From assembly GCA_965219415.1 (NCBI GenBank), contig CBDCNP010000002.1, forward strand, positions 2,080,001-2,144,000: a stretch of DNA of 64,000 nucleotides, written 5' to 3'. This stretch comes from Candidatus Marinacidobacterales bacterium (GTDB lineage Bacteria; Acidobacteriota; Vicinamibacteria; Marinacidobacterales; DATDRI01). Positions within the stretch are counted from its first letter, which is position 1, and each line of letters opens with the position of its first letter. A program made the position numbers and the translations under genes. The notes beneath the pieces were generated by a model that saw nothing but the letters and a program-made list of their open reading frames with translations, was not told where the DNA came from and did no database searches. This document shows, one piece after another, positions 1 to 9,679 of the stretch.

Positions 1-412
1 AACCAGGCTTGCGCGACCCCCGGAATGCCGCACGCTCCAAAGCTCCTGCGTCTTGGGCGACACGGTGAGTTGTCCGAGCCGAGGCCACTATCTCTCGGGC
101 TTTTACGTCCACCGCGAGATGCACGCTTTGAGCCGGGCGGGACTGCCTAACCCGGCGGTGATCCGAATCGCGACCGCGAACGGAGCCCGTGCCCTCGGCG
201 TGGGTAGCCAGCTAGGAACGGTAGAGCCGGGCAAGCTAGCGGATTTGGTGGTGGTTAGAGGTAATCCCCTCGACGATATCCGGAATACGCGAAACGTGCG
301 GCTTGTCATCAAGGCCGGGACCCCCCATGACCCCGTGAAGCTTCTGGCGTCGGTCGAGGGCACGATAGGGCCGATCGGCCCGGACGATGTCCGACGCTGG
401 GTCCGATGGTAG
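1..412 (+). CDS. Amidohydrolase family protein, C-terminal part (5' end outside window)
   Basis: AT.NGA.ALG...GTVEPGKLADLVVV.GNPL.DI motif typical of amidohydrolase C-termini. Confidence 0.8.
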   Translation, partial: TRLARPPECRTLQSSCVLGDTVSCPSRGHYLSGFYVHREMHALSRAGLPNPAVIRIATANGARALGVGSQLGTVEPGKLADLVVVRGNPLDDIRNTRNVRLVIKAGTPHDPVKLLASVEGTIGPIGPDDVRRWVRW

Positions 413-594
413 CTCCCCCAGTTCGGACTTGATCCCCGACCCGATAATGATTTAAGAAGTAGTAACCGAGGGCGGAGGCATCGAGGCCTCACTCACCGAG
501 AAAGCGATTTTCACGCGCCTGACTCCTCCGGCTCGCCCTTCCTTCGTCCTCGCCCTTTTGTTTGTCGTGTCGCCCATTTGGGAAAGGGGGTTTC

Positions 595-1272
595 ATGCGC
601 ACATTAACGCTGTTGGGGTTGCTATCGGTCCTACTCGCGGCCGGGATTGGTTGTTCTGCGCCCGAGGAGCGGATCGTTGATTACTACTTGACCGCGGTCC
701 GGGATGGCCAAGACAAAATGGTGGCCGCGGTCTCCTTGGTCAGTTTTCCCGAAGAGAACATCCAGACTTGGGAGATCGTCGAGATCGGCCCGGAGTTGAC
801 CGAGCCTTACCGGCTGAGCGAAATCCGGGATGCACATTTCGACGCCGCCGAGGCCTACAATGCAAAGACGGTGGAAAACGATGCGTTTCTGCAGGCCAAC
901 GAGCGAAACGCCCTCCGCTATCAGCAGAAGATGAAAGACGAGCCGCACTACAAGTTCGCGAGCGGCGTCATGGCCGAGTTTCAGGAAGTGTGGGACGAAA
1001 AACTCGGAACACAAAAGGAACTCCAGGACCAAGTAGAAGAGGCCCACGCCGCACTGGAGAGGGAAAGAAGCAGCATCCGCATGTCGGCCAGTATCCCACT
1101 CAAGAACTCGTTCAAAGGTGACGTGGCAATCAAGAGGGCCAAGGTCCAAGTCAACAGCGAGTCCGGGACGAAGTCTTATACCCTAGTGCTGCGCAAGTAC
1201 AACATCGTGGATTCCGACACCGGGCTGAGCCCTGTTGCCAAATGGATCATCACCGAAGTCGAAGAAGGCTAG
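595..1272 (+). CDS. Hypothetical lipoprotein
   Basis: ATG at 595 after GAAAGGGGG RBS; hydrophobic signal ending in a lipobox-like GIGC; coiled-coil middle. Confidence 0.7.
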   Translation: MRTLTLLGLLSVLLAAGIGCSAPEERIVDYYLTAVRDGQDKMVAAVSLVSFPEENIQTWEIVEIGPELTEPYRLSEIRDAHFDAAEAYNAKTVENDAFLQANERNALRYQQKMKDEPHYKFASGVMAEFQEVWDEKLGTQKELQDQVEEAHAALERERSSIRMSASIPLKNSFKGDVAIKRAKVQVNSESGTKSYTLVLRKYNIVDSDTGLSPVAKWIITEVEEG

Positions 1273-1323
1273 CGCTTCAAGTGTTCGCTAACCCGGTACA
1301 TCTTTAGACCCGCGGCGGCGGAC

Positions 1324-2760
1324 CTACGGTAGAGGCTGACCCCGGTGCGCCTCCCACCAGGTCCGCCATCGGGCGATGGCCTTTGCCTTACCGATTTCGT
1401 CTCCTTGAGCATCGAAGGCGATGTCCTCACCGGTCGCCTCGCGCAACCCCTGAGCGGCCTGCGCCTGCAAGAACACCGGGTTGTCGGATTCCAGAAGCTC
1501 AATCAGAGCCTCAATTCCGAGTATGTTGCGGCGAGCCAGAAGCGCCTCGGCGCCCCGAAGGCGCACCCAAGGATCGTCGGCGTGATAGGCGATCTCCTCC
1601 AAGAGCTCGTCGACCTCGTCCCCCTCGGGTGCCCGAGCCAATGCCTTGACGGCATTTTCACTAACCCGTAGCTCCCCGGTGGCCATCATGCGGTGGACTT
1701 CCTCCTTCACCGACAAGAGCCGTGATATCGCATCTGCCGGCGGCTCCCCCTCGGAGTCTGCCATCTCGGCGAGCGCTTCGGTGGCAAGCTCGGCGGGATC
1801 CTTCTCGGTCTCGGAGACGGAAGTCTCCGAATCATGGTGGGCGGCCCCCGACGACATCCGGGCGGTAGTAAAAGCTAGCCACAAACCGCCTACCAGCACC
1901 GTCCCCGTCGCCCCTACCTTCATTAGAGCGGCAAGCTTCTGTTCGGCACCCATGAGATAGCGGATCACTCCGGCCAGAACAAGTCCTCCACCGAACGTAC
2001 AAACTACGGCCGGTCCGCTGGGGAGGTCGTAGGCGTAGGAAAGCGAGAGGCCGACCATGCTGACGAACGTTCCCACGATCCAACCGACCATCAGGCGGCC
2101 GACGATGCTGCGGGCGAACAGCATCGCGATCACCGTGGGGATGATCAAGAAAGAAAAAACCAGCAGTATCCCTGCCATGGGCACGCTGTAGGTGATGACC
2201 AAACCGAAGGAAGTGTAGAAGAGAAAATCCCACCAACGCACACTCCATCCCTCGGTCTCGGCTCGCTGCGGCTCGAGCGACAGAGTCAGGAACCGGCGCC
2301 GAAACTGCCAATGGAAGAGGCCGATCAAAACGTAAGCTATCGCGGTCTTGATGATGAGTGGCCACGTCGCCCATAGGAGCGCACCGGTCAGCATCGCCTC
2401 CACGAACTCCGCACCGTGAGGCGATCGGTCGGCGATCAAAATGCCGCTCGCCGACGCGACGGCGAACGAGATACCGATGATCGCTTCTTTCGGGATGCGT
2501 TGTTCCGACAACCGCAAGACCGAGAAGATCGCCGCGGCGATGAACGTGAAGAGCAACGAGTAGAGGTAGCCCGCCGTCCCATTCGGCTCGTAGCCCAGCA
2601 GGAAGGCAAAAGCTGCCCCGAGTGCTGCGATCTGCGCCAGGGCGAGATCGACGAAGATCACACCGCGGGAGACTACATGCAAGCCTAGGTAGACGTGAAT
2701 GCCCATCAACACCAGGCAGGCGACAAAAGGAGGCAGCAGAACTTCGAGTGCCAGCTCCAC
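1324..2760 (-). CDS. Zn/Mn-type metal ABC transporter permease with C-terminal HEAT-repeat-like extension
   Basis: ZnuB/MntB-like motifs (GLHVVSRGVIFVDLALAQIAALG, GILLVFSFLIIP, DLPSGPAVV); extra ~180 aa helical tail (DPWVRLRGAEAL, ALIELLESDNP). Confidence 0.85.
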   Translation of the reverse strand: MELALEVLLPPFVACLVLMGIHVYLGLHVVSRGVIFVDLALAQIAALGAAFAFLLGYEPNGTAGYLYSLLFTFIAAAIFSVLRLSEQRIPKEAIIGISFAVASASGILIADRSPHGAEFVEAMLTGALLWATWPLIIKTAIAYVLIGLFHWQFRRRFLTLSLEPQRAETEGWSVRWWDFLFYTSFGLVITYSVPMAGILLVFSFLIIPTVIAMLFARSIVGRLMVGWIVGTFVSMVGLSLSYAYDLPSGPAVVCTFGGGLVLAGVIRYLMGAEQKLAALMKVGATGTVLVGGLWLAFTTARMSSGAAHHDSETSVSETEKDPAELATEALAEMADSEGEPPADAISRLLSVKEEVHRMMATGELRVSENAVKALARAPEGDEVDELLEEIAYHADDPWVRLRGAEALLARRNILGIEALIELLESDNPVFLQAQAAQGLREATGEDIAFDAQGDEIGKAKAIARWRTWWEAHRGQPLP

Positions 2761-2769
2761 AGATCTCTC

Positions 2770-3849
2770 CTAATCACTCTCGCAGTCCGGCAACCCGGAC
2801 TTCATCATGTCGATCCAGGTGTCCACGAGTGAAAAATAATCCGAGGTTTCTTCCGACCCTCCGGTGTACTGAGGAGCGTACAGGAACTTCGCACCAGTAC
2901 GTTCGGCGATCAAGGTCGGAATCCGCTCATCGAAGTAGTCGGCGACCCAAAGCACCTGAATTTTCTCCGTGCGCATGAGCGCGATCAAATCGCCAACGTG
3001 CGCCGCCGAGGGCGGAATCCCGGGTCGCCGCTCGACGTAATTGGCGATCTGGATCCCGAATCGGTCAGTGAAGTATATCCAGTTCAGGTGATATGCGACG
3101 ATCCGTTTGCCGCGTAGGCATTCTGCCTCCCGCATCCAACCGCCCAGCTTCGAACTCAGAGGGCTACCGCCCAACTCGTTGCCCTCGAGAAAAGGCAGGA
3201 GCCGATGCTGCATCTCTAGCTCGGCGAGCTTGTCGCCGCCCACCAGCTCGACCAACTCGGAGCCGAACATCCGCTCGTAGATCCTGCGTTTGAAGTCCTT
3301 GAACCGCTCTTCGTAATAACTAGCGTTGTCCGGGTCGACGTTGCGGAGCCCGGTCTTGATGTTCTTGGCGACGACCACAGCCCGCAGGGGATCGGTATGC
3401 ACGTGGGGGTTACCGAAAATGTGAATGTCCCCACCGGCGCGACTCGGGTTGTCCGGCACCTGAAGCATGGGGACGTCGGTGGCTATCGAGACATACCCCA
3501 CTTCGCCCTCTCGAACTCGAGGGTTGCGGGCTTTGTCGATCACCGCCGGCATCCAGATCTCGAGGTCCAGTCCGGTGGCGACCAAGAGGTCGGCCCGGTT
3601 TACCATCATGGCGTAGCTCGGCTTCGCCTGAACGAAGTGGGCATCCTGGCGAGGCGCGGCGATGGCGGATACCTCCCCGCGCTCGCCCAGGATCTCTTTG
3701 GCGATATCGGCGTACACCGTGAGTGACGCGACGACGCTGAGGTCATCCTTCGGCCGTGCCTTCAATGCCGTGAGGCCGAGTACGGAGGACGCCAAAAGCG
3801 CCGCGAGCGGAAGCATCGAGAATGAAGTCATGACTTTCAGCCCTCTCAT
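2770..3849 (-). CDS. Metal ABC transporter substrate-binding protein (ZnuA/TroA family)
   Basis: Signal peptide; QDAHF, GLDLEIW, GDIHIFGNPHVHTDP, YHLNWIYF and PGIPPSAAH motifs; ATG 3849 abuts the upstream stop. Confidence 0.9.
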   Translation of the reverse strand: MRGLKVMTSFSMLPLAALLASSVLGLTALKARPKDDLSVVASLTVYADIAKEILGERGEVSAIAAPRQDAHFVQAKPSYAMMVNRADLLVATGLDLEIWMPAVIDKARNPRVREGEVGYVSIATDVPMLQVPDNPSRAGGDIHIFGNPHVHTDPLRAVVVAKNIKTGLRNVDPDNASYYEERFKDFKRRIYERMFGSELVELVGGDKLAELEMQHRLLPFLEGNELGGSPLSSKLGGWMREAECLRGKRIVAYHLNWIYFTDRFGIQIANYVERRPGIPPSAAHVGDLIALMRTEKIQVLWVADYFDERIPTLIAERTGAKFLYAPQYTGGSEETSDYFSLVDTWIDMMKSGLPDCESD

Positions 3850-3850
3850 C

Positions 3851-5224
3851 TTAATACCTTTCATGCTTATGGGGCCCGAGAGCCCATGTGACCTGGAAGA
3901 AAACCTGGTTCTCGGCCTCGGGCTCCTCGAACATGCGTGAGCTGTGTGAGTATTGGACCCGAAGCCGCACCCACTCGCTCTGCCACCAATCCACGTAGGG
4001 AGAAACGCCCCAGAGGCTAGAACCCGGCTCCTCGGGTAACTCGGTCCAGTCACCGCGCAACCCCACGAACAATCGACGATTCAGCTTGTAGGTCGCGAAG
4101 GCGTAAGTACCGAAACTATCCTGCCTCCGCTCCGCCTCCTCACGCCTCTGCCAGAGAAACTCTCCGCGCAGCTCGAGACCCTTATACAGAGCCTCGGCCG
4201 GTGGGTTCCACGCCACGTTCCAGTCGGTCCCCACGACCCACGTCCGGAAGTCGCCAAGCTCGTCGTTGACCCCGGTCGATGCGGAGATCCCAACTTCCAG
4301 ATAAGTCGCCTCCGAGAGGTCCCAATAATTTGTCTCGTGAAGTGTGACGACCGGCTCATCGAAACCCCGACCTGAAAAACTGACGTCGTTCTCATCGTTG
4401 GTCACCTGCAACCAAAGCTCGTTGTAGTCCCCCAGAACGGCTCCGGGCAACCAGGAAAGCCCGACTCCTGTGCCACGGAGTCCTTCTTCTCCGAAGAACG
4501 ACTGGTGCACCAGCGGTCGAGCCGATTGAGGCAAGGCGTGTTGGTGCCAGCGGTTCAACTTGCCGAAATCGTTGCGGAAGGCGCCGAATTTCAACCCGAG
4601 GCCTGCCGGTAAGGCCGTCCAATCTATGAACGCCTCTTCGAGGGCGAACTCACCTTCCTCGAAAACGACGAACGCCTTCGCCAAGGAGAAAGGATCGAGA
4701 GGAGCCTGGAACGCCATCTCGAACTCGGCGATCCGAAACTGATTGCGTTCGGGGTTGCCGCTGTCATCCGAGAGCTCGAGGAACGTGTCACCGGTGACAG
4801 AGATCTCTGGATTGAGCTTGTTGAGATTACGGGACTGCCCGGTGAACCTGCGTTCCGGGGTCGGCGCAAGCTCTTCTTGTCCGACGGCCGTCACGCTCCC
4901 GGCGCCTCGTCCCTCGTTCCCCCCGAGGATTTCCGCTAGCTCCGCCTCCAAAGACGCCCTCTCTTCGGCGTCGAGGGCCGATTCGCTTACCTGCGCCGCC
5001 GGTTCCACCTCGCCGATCGCCACGAGTTTCTCTTCCAACGCAGCGATGCGAGTTTCGTATGTACTCTGTAGGGAATCGAGCGCAGATTCGAGCGCAGCGA
5101 TGCGCTGCTGCAGATCGGTAATCTCCTTGCGCTCTTCCTGAGCTGCCGCCGCCCCGGCCGGCGCAGCGGCCAAACAAAGAGCTAGGACCAAATTTCTCGT
5201 GACACCTATCAATTCTGTCTTCAT
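3851..5224 (-). CDS. Outer-membrane beta-barrel (porin-like) associated with metal uptake, N-terminal coiled coil
   Basis: Signal peptide, LNPEISV, FGKLNRWHQH, alternating beta-strand pattern, His-containing C-terminus GPHKHERY. Confidence 0.75.
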   Translation of the reverse strand: MKTELIGVTRNLVLALCLAAAPAGAAAAQEERKEITDLQQRIAALESALDSLQSTYETRIAALEEKLVAIGEVEPAAQVSESALDAEERASLEAELAEILGGNEGRGAGSVTAVGQEELAPTPERRFTGQSRNLNKLNPEISVTGDTFLELSDDSGNPERNQFRIAEFEMAFQAPLDPFSLAKAFVVFEEGEFALEEAFIDWTALPAGLGLKFGAFRNDFGKLNRWHQHALPQSARPLVHQSFFGEEGLRGTGVGLSWLPGAVLGDYNELWLQVTNDENDVSFSGRGFDEPVVTLHETNYWDLSEATYLEVGISASTGVNDELGDFRTWVVGTDWNVAWNPPAEALYKGLELRGEFLWQRREEAERRQDSFGTYAFATYKLNRRLFVGLRGDWTELPEEPGSSLWGVSPYVDWWQSEWVRLRVQYSHSSRMFEEPEAENQVFFQVTWALGPHKHERY

Positions 5225-5354
5225 CGGGTCTTCCTTTTCCGTTCCCCATACCCAAGCAAAACTTCACGACCATGGCAAACTGCCGCGCAACCAGACGTTC
5301 GGACTTGGTTGCAGACGCAATCTTGCTCGCATTCAGCGAGCGAGAAGAAGTGGA

Positions 5355-5723
5355 TTATGCGGTAAAGGGGGGAGAGCGAGAGAGGCGGCAAAAACCGGAG
5401 AAATGAGGCGTGCCACCGCGGGAAGGAGCAGCGGTGCCAGCCGGTGTGAACAGAGGTACGGTGAGGCCCGAGCCTACATGCAGCGCCCCCTTGAACGTCT
5501 TGCAGACCACGCAAACGTGGGCAGGGTCCACCGTGCGAGAGTGATCGGATACCAGATCATAGCCATTTCCCGGCTGGCAATTCTCGCCGTCACTCGACGC
5601 TTGGACCGAAAACGGACCTACGTTCTCCTCGAGCAAGTGAGAGGGGGAGAGCCAAACGGATGCGGCGACGAGGCCGATCAAAAGCAGGGCGAAAACCGCC
5701 CGGAAGGAACGCTGGCTGCGCAC
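5355..5723 (-). CDS. DUF2946-like leader protein (signal/TM, CxxC, C-terminal RSPP), candidate arrest peptide
   Basis: Hydrophobic N-terminus, HVCVVC, Pro-rich linker, ends SRSPPFTA; directly upstream of the metal-uptake operon. Confidence 0.75.
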   Translation of the reverse strand: MRSQRSFRAVFALLLIGLVAASVWLSPSHLLEENVGPFSVQASSDGENCQPGNGYDLVSDHSRTVDPAHVCVVCKTFKGALHVGSGLTVPLFTPAGTAAPSRGGTPHFSGFCRLSRSPPFTA

Positions 5724-5814
5724 GGTCTTAACCTAAGCTCAAAACATCATGCGCTCGCGAACGGATCAAACTAGAGAGCCAAACTAGCAGCCAAACTGAT
5801 CGAAGACGCTAGAG

Positions 5815-6831
5815 TCAGACGATCTCGGGAGTTTCCGCGCTCACACCCCGAGAGCCGGGCTGACCTACACGGTAAGGCTCGTCGGTCTGAGGCGAGCGCC
5901 AGTTGTCGAACAATCCGATGATCTGCACGCAGGCCAGGGTGCAATACGGGGCACAGCTCTTCGGTGTGGAGAACTCGCGACGAATGTCTTGCTTCGTGTA
6001 TTGCTCGAGCGGCGCATCGGGGTAGCCTCTTTGCTGGGAGCAATAATGCACCCGCCCCTCCTCGCAGATATAGAGATAACGCGCTCCGGCTCTACATCGC
6101 CACTCGTTGGGCTTACCGTGCGCCAAATTCTCTCGGAATTGAGTGAAGCGCGCGTAGCTTCGCTTCCCGTGCTCCCGTAGGCGATCGTAGACGCTCATCT
6201 CGCTTTCGTTCAATCGCTTGAGACGACCGCGCTCGTTGTGGATGATCCCGAGCGTGGTGCTGAAGCCGAGCTCGACGGCGCGCTTGGACACGGTGACGGC
6301 GTCTTCCGGATTTTTTATGCCGCCACCAATGACCGAATTGAGGTTCACGTAGAACTCTGCATGGCGACGCAGGTTTTCCAGCTTGGAATCCAAAACATGC
6401 AGACTCTTCTTGGAGACTTCGTCCGGGTTGACGTTGTCGATAGAAATCTGAAGATGCTGCAATCCAGCCTCGTTCAGCCGCTGGATCCGCTCGGGTGTCA
6501 AGAAATAGCCGTTGGTAATGAGACCGGCGATCATCCCTCGGCGTCGAATATGACTAATGATTTCGTCGAGCTCAGGATGAAGAGTTGGCTCTCCCCCGCT
6601 TATAGTAATGATCGAAGTACCCAGCGACGCGAGATGATCCAAGCGTCGTTTCATCTCCTCCAGGGGCACCGGCTCGGAGAAATCGTCGAACTCGTTGCAA
6701 TACGTGCAGGCGAGATTGCAACGCCGCATCGGGATAATGTGGACGAGGATCGGGTGGCGCGTGGAGAGTAGCCCACGGGCGATCATCCAAAATTCAGTCA
6801 GCCGGATTCTTACCTTGTTTCTCGTCTTCAT
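5815..6831 (-). CDS. Radical SAM protein with C-terminal SPASM/twitch-like cysteines
   Basis: CNLACTYC motif, SGGEP, C-terminal CRAG...C...CAPYCTLAC. Confidence 0.9.
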   Translation of the reverse strand: MKTRNKVRIRLTEFWMIARGLLSTRHPILVHIIPMRRCNLACTYCNEFDDFSEPVPLEEMKRRLDHLASLGTSIITISGGEPTLHPELDEIISHIRRRGMIAGLITNGYFLTPERIQRLNEAGLQHLQISIDNVNPDEVSKKSLHVLDSKLENLRRHAEFYVNLNSVIGGGIKNPEDAVTVSKRAVELGFSTTLGIIHNERGRLKRLNESEMSVYDRLREHGKRSYARFTQFRENLAHGKPNEWRCRAGARYLYICEEGRVHYCSQQRGYPDAPLEQYTKQDIRREFSTPKSCAPYCTLACVQIIGLFDNWRSPQTDEPYRVGQPGSRGVSAETPEIV

Positions 6832-6986
6832 GAGCCAGAACTACAGGGGCTAGGCCCCACCAATTTCGCTAAATATTACCGTTTCCCGCAAGAGGGTCAA
6901 GCGTCCACCGATGAATGGGCCCACGCCCAGCCAAACAGGCTGGACAAAACCGCATAGGCCGTTTCGTCCTCTTTTCTGGGGTGGTT

Positions 6987-7637
6987 CTATTCGCTGCTGA
7001 TTATGTCGACGCCCGGCGGCAGCTCGAGCTCGAAGGCCTTGGGGGGGAGAGGCTCGTTTACACGAACGTCCTGAAATTCCAAAATCGTCGTATCCTTGTT
7101 CAACTCATGAAACACCGTGCGGTCCGGAGTCCAGTTCTCCTTGTTGAGTGTCATGTCGATGGCGGCAAAGAGCGATGCGGCGGAGTCCGGCTTCGGAACC
7201 AGCTTCAAAACCACGTGCTGGTCATCCTCTCCGGCGAGACTCACATCATAGTGCTTACCAATCTCGGCATTCGATTTCCCGAACCCGATGAGCAGATCGG
7301 TGCCAGCCCCTCGCTTTTGCCCCTGCTTGAACTCCTGAACCTGATGGGCAACGGGGTTATAGAGCAGAACCTTGTCATCTTTGACGAGGAGCACTTTGCT
7401 GTCTGGAGGAGCGTACTCCCACCGAATGTTCCCAGGAACCTTCATGTACAGTTTGCCCGAGCTCTTCTCTTCTTCTTCCAAGATGTGGTCGCGGTTGGTC
7501 TGCTCGAAGTCGGCTGCGAGAGTCTCGAGACTGTCACCTGCTTTGCTCATGGCAGCCAGGATCTCCTCCAGACGGTCGAGGCCGAAGGAAGAGCTGGCGG
7601 TGAAGAAGACGATAACGAATGTGGCGAGAAGCTTCAT
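6987..7637 (-). CDS. lolA: Outer-membrane lipoprotein carrier protein LolA
   Basis: Signal peptide, ADFEQ...SGKLYMKVPGNIRWEY, C-terminal FELELPPGVDII. Confidence 0.8.
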   Translation of the reverse strand: MKLLATFVIVFFTASSSFGLDRLEEILAAMSKAGDSLETLAADFEQTNRDHILEEEEKSSGKLYMKVPGNIRWEYAPPDSKVLLVKDDKVLLYNPVAHQVQEFKQGQKRGAGTDLLIGFGKSNAEIGKHYDVSLAGEDDQHVVLKLVPKPDSAASLFAAIDMTLNKENWTPDRTVFHELNKDTTILEFQDVRVNEPLPPKAFELELPPGVDIISSE

Positions 7638-7657
7638 GGCTTTATCGCCTTTAACCT

Positions 7658-8380
7658 CTAACCCACCTCGCCGGTATTCACGAAATGCGGGGCGTTGGCG
7701 TGGTCGACGACTCGTCCGTCCAGCATCTCGATTACGCGATGCCCGACTTCCGCCGCCTCTGGGTTATGCGTGATCATCACGATGGTCTGCTTTTTCTTGC
7801 GATTGAGGTCGACTAGCAGCTCCAATACCTGACGGGAGTTTTCGGAATCGAGGTTTCCGGTGGGCTCGTCGGCCAGGACAATCGCGGGTTGGTTCACCAA
7901 CGCGCGGGCCAGAGCGACTCGCTGCTGCTCGCCGACCGAAAGTTCGAGCGGTTTGTGATGCAGCTTGTGGGCCAAACCTACAACGTCCATCAACTCTGCG
8001 ATCTCGCCTCCACTCGGGTGTCCATTGCCGAAGATCTGCCGCGCGATCTCGATGTTTCCCTGCACGGTCAGCGTCGGCAGGAGATTGAAACGCTGAAACA
8101 CGAAGCCGATCTTTTTGCGGCGGAGACGAGTACGCTCGGCGTCGTTGGTGAGACTGAGATCTGCGCCGTCAACGATGACTTTGCCGGAGCTAGGACGTGC
8201 CAAGCCACCCATGAGATGAAGGAGCGTGGACTTGCCGCACCCAGAGGGACCCATGATGGAGACGAACTCACCGGCCTGGATCTCGACATTGACTCCTCGG
8301 AGAGCCGGGACCTCCACCTTCCCGACCTTATAAATCTTCCGAAGGTCGACGACTTTGAGAATGCTTCCGGTCGATTCCAT
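7658..8380 (-). CDS. ABC transporter ATP-binding protein (LolD/MacB-like)
   Basis: Walker [34 protein letters not shown]. Confidence 0.95.
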   Translation of the reverse strand: MESTGSILKVVDLRKIYKVGKVEVPALRGVNVEIQAGEFVSIMGPSGCGKSTLLHLMGGLARPSSGKVIVDGADLSLTNDAERTRLRRKKIGFVFQRFNLLPTLTVQGNIEIARQIFGNGHPSGGEIAELMDVVGLAHKLHHKPLELSVGEQQRVALARALVNQPAIVLADEPTGNLDSENSRQVLELLVDLNRKKKQTIVMITHNPEAAEVGHRVIEMLDGRVVDHANAPHFVNTGEVG

Positions 8381-8393
8381 TACGCGGTTCTAG

Positions 8394-9500
8394 CTACTCG
8401 TAGTTCAGGGCTTCTACCGGATCCAGCTTAGCGGCACGATAGGCAGGGTACAAGGCCCCCAACAACCCGCCACAGATGCCCAGAAGTGCAGCGATGACGA
8501 ACTGACTCGGGACGAGAGAAACGGTGAGGGTCGGAAACAAGGTCAGTATGGTGAAACGACCCAACAGAGAAAAGCCATAACCAACGACCACACCGATAAG
8601 GCATATGAGGAACGACTCGGTGATGACCAGCCGGATGATGTACATCTTGCCGGCTCCCAGCGCCTTCAGCACACCGATCTCTCTCGTTCGCTCGATGATC
8701 GATGTGTACATGGCCAACAGAATCACCAAGAAGCTGATGAGGACGGCGAGGAATGAAAGCACTCGGACGAATTGCTTCAGACCCAGCGCGTTTTCCCTGA
8801 GCTCTTCCACGAACCCTTCCATGGCCGTCACTTTGTAACCCTCGAATTTCTTTTCGAGCGCGGCGGCCACTTCACCCACGTCGCTCCCCTCGTTGACCCT
8901 GATCATGAAGAGCGACACCTTGCCCGGCTGGCCGCTCCCTTCCTGGAGCGTGGCGAGGTCCATATAGATGCGAACCCCGGCGCCGGCCTTGCAGATACCG
9001 GCAATTTCGAAGTCCTGGCCCATCATGGGAATGCGATCTCCCAGGTCCAGCTGGTCGGCACTCGAAAGCACGGTATCAATGATAAGGTCGTCGGGTTTTT
9101 GGAACGCCGTGCCGTCCACGATCTGCACCCCATTGCCGATTTGATTATAGGTATCCAGGTCGACTCCAAAGATCGAGACCAACTTCTTGGTCCCTTTGAT
9201 GCTCATTATCCGCCAGAGCAGGACGGGAGCAACGGCCCTCACTCCATTCACTTCCCCCAGTTTCTCTCCCAAGCGTTCCGACATCACACCCGTATTGAGA
9301 ACCAGAAACGGAGATGAGTCCGGGCCCATGAACATGATGTCCGCTCCCACATTTGTGATCCGATCGGCGTACTCGTTGAGCGATCCATCCGCCAAGCCCA
9401 CGATGACCAGGACCATCGAGACCCCCAACGCCACCGACAAAATGCCGATACCGGTCCGGGTCTTGCGGTAAAAGATGTTGGAGAGGGGGAGATTGGCCAT
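8394..9500 (-). CDS. ABC transporter permease (MacB/FtsX family)
   Basis: N-terminal TM, periplasmic domain, ERTREIGVLKALGA, YPAYRAAKLDPVEAL. Confidence 0.9.
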   Translation of the reverse strand: MANLPLSNIFYRKTRTGIGILSVALGVSMVLVIVGLADGSLNEYADRITNVGADIMFMGPDSSPFLVLNTGVMSERLGEKLGEVNGVRAVAPVLLWRIMSIKGTKKLVSIFGVDLDTYNQIGNGVQIVDGTAFQKPDDLIIDTVLSSADQLDLGDRIPMMGQDFEIAGICKAGAGVRIYMDLATLQEGSGQPGKVSLFMIRVNEGSDVGEVAAALEKKFEGYKVTAMEGFVEELRENALGLKQFVRVLSFLAVLISFLVILLAMYTSIIERTREIGVLKALGAGKMYIIRLVITESFLICLIGVVVGYGFSLLGRFTILTLFPTLTVSLVPSQFVIAALLGICGGLLGALYPAYRAAKLDPVEALNYE

Positions 9501-9679
9501 ATGATTAACGGGATTCCTAGTGGGGGTTGATATGAATCCGATCCAAGAATATCGTCAGTTGCAAACTCACTATGCTAACAAAGACGAAAGGCAGGATCAA
9601 CCGAAGTCGGTGCCGCTAGCCACGCGGACGCCAAAAGGGACACGAGCCGAGGCTGGCGGACCATCCAAAGGAGTCGTAG

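Noticed and set aside
455-594. Structured leader or attenuator before the lipoprotein gene
   Set aside because: Alternative pairings of GAGGGCGGAG are plausible by chance in GC-rich DNA; no family motif
5815-9500. RiPP cluster (radical SAM plus ABC exporter)
   Set aside because: No precursor peptide or RRE/peptidase is evident; the ABC genes group with lolA
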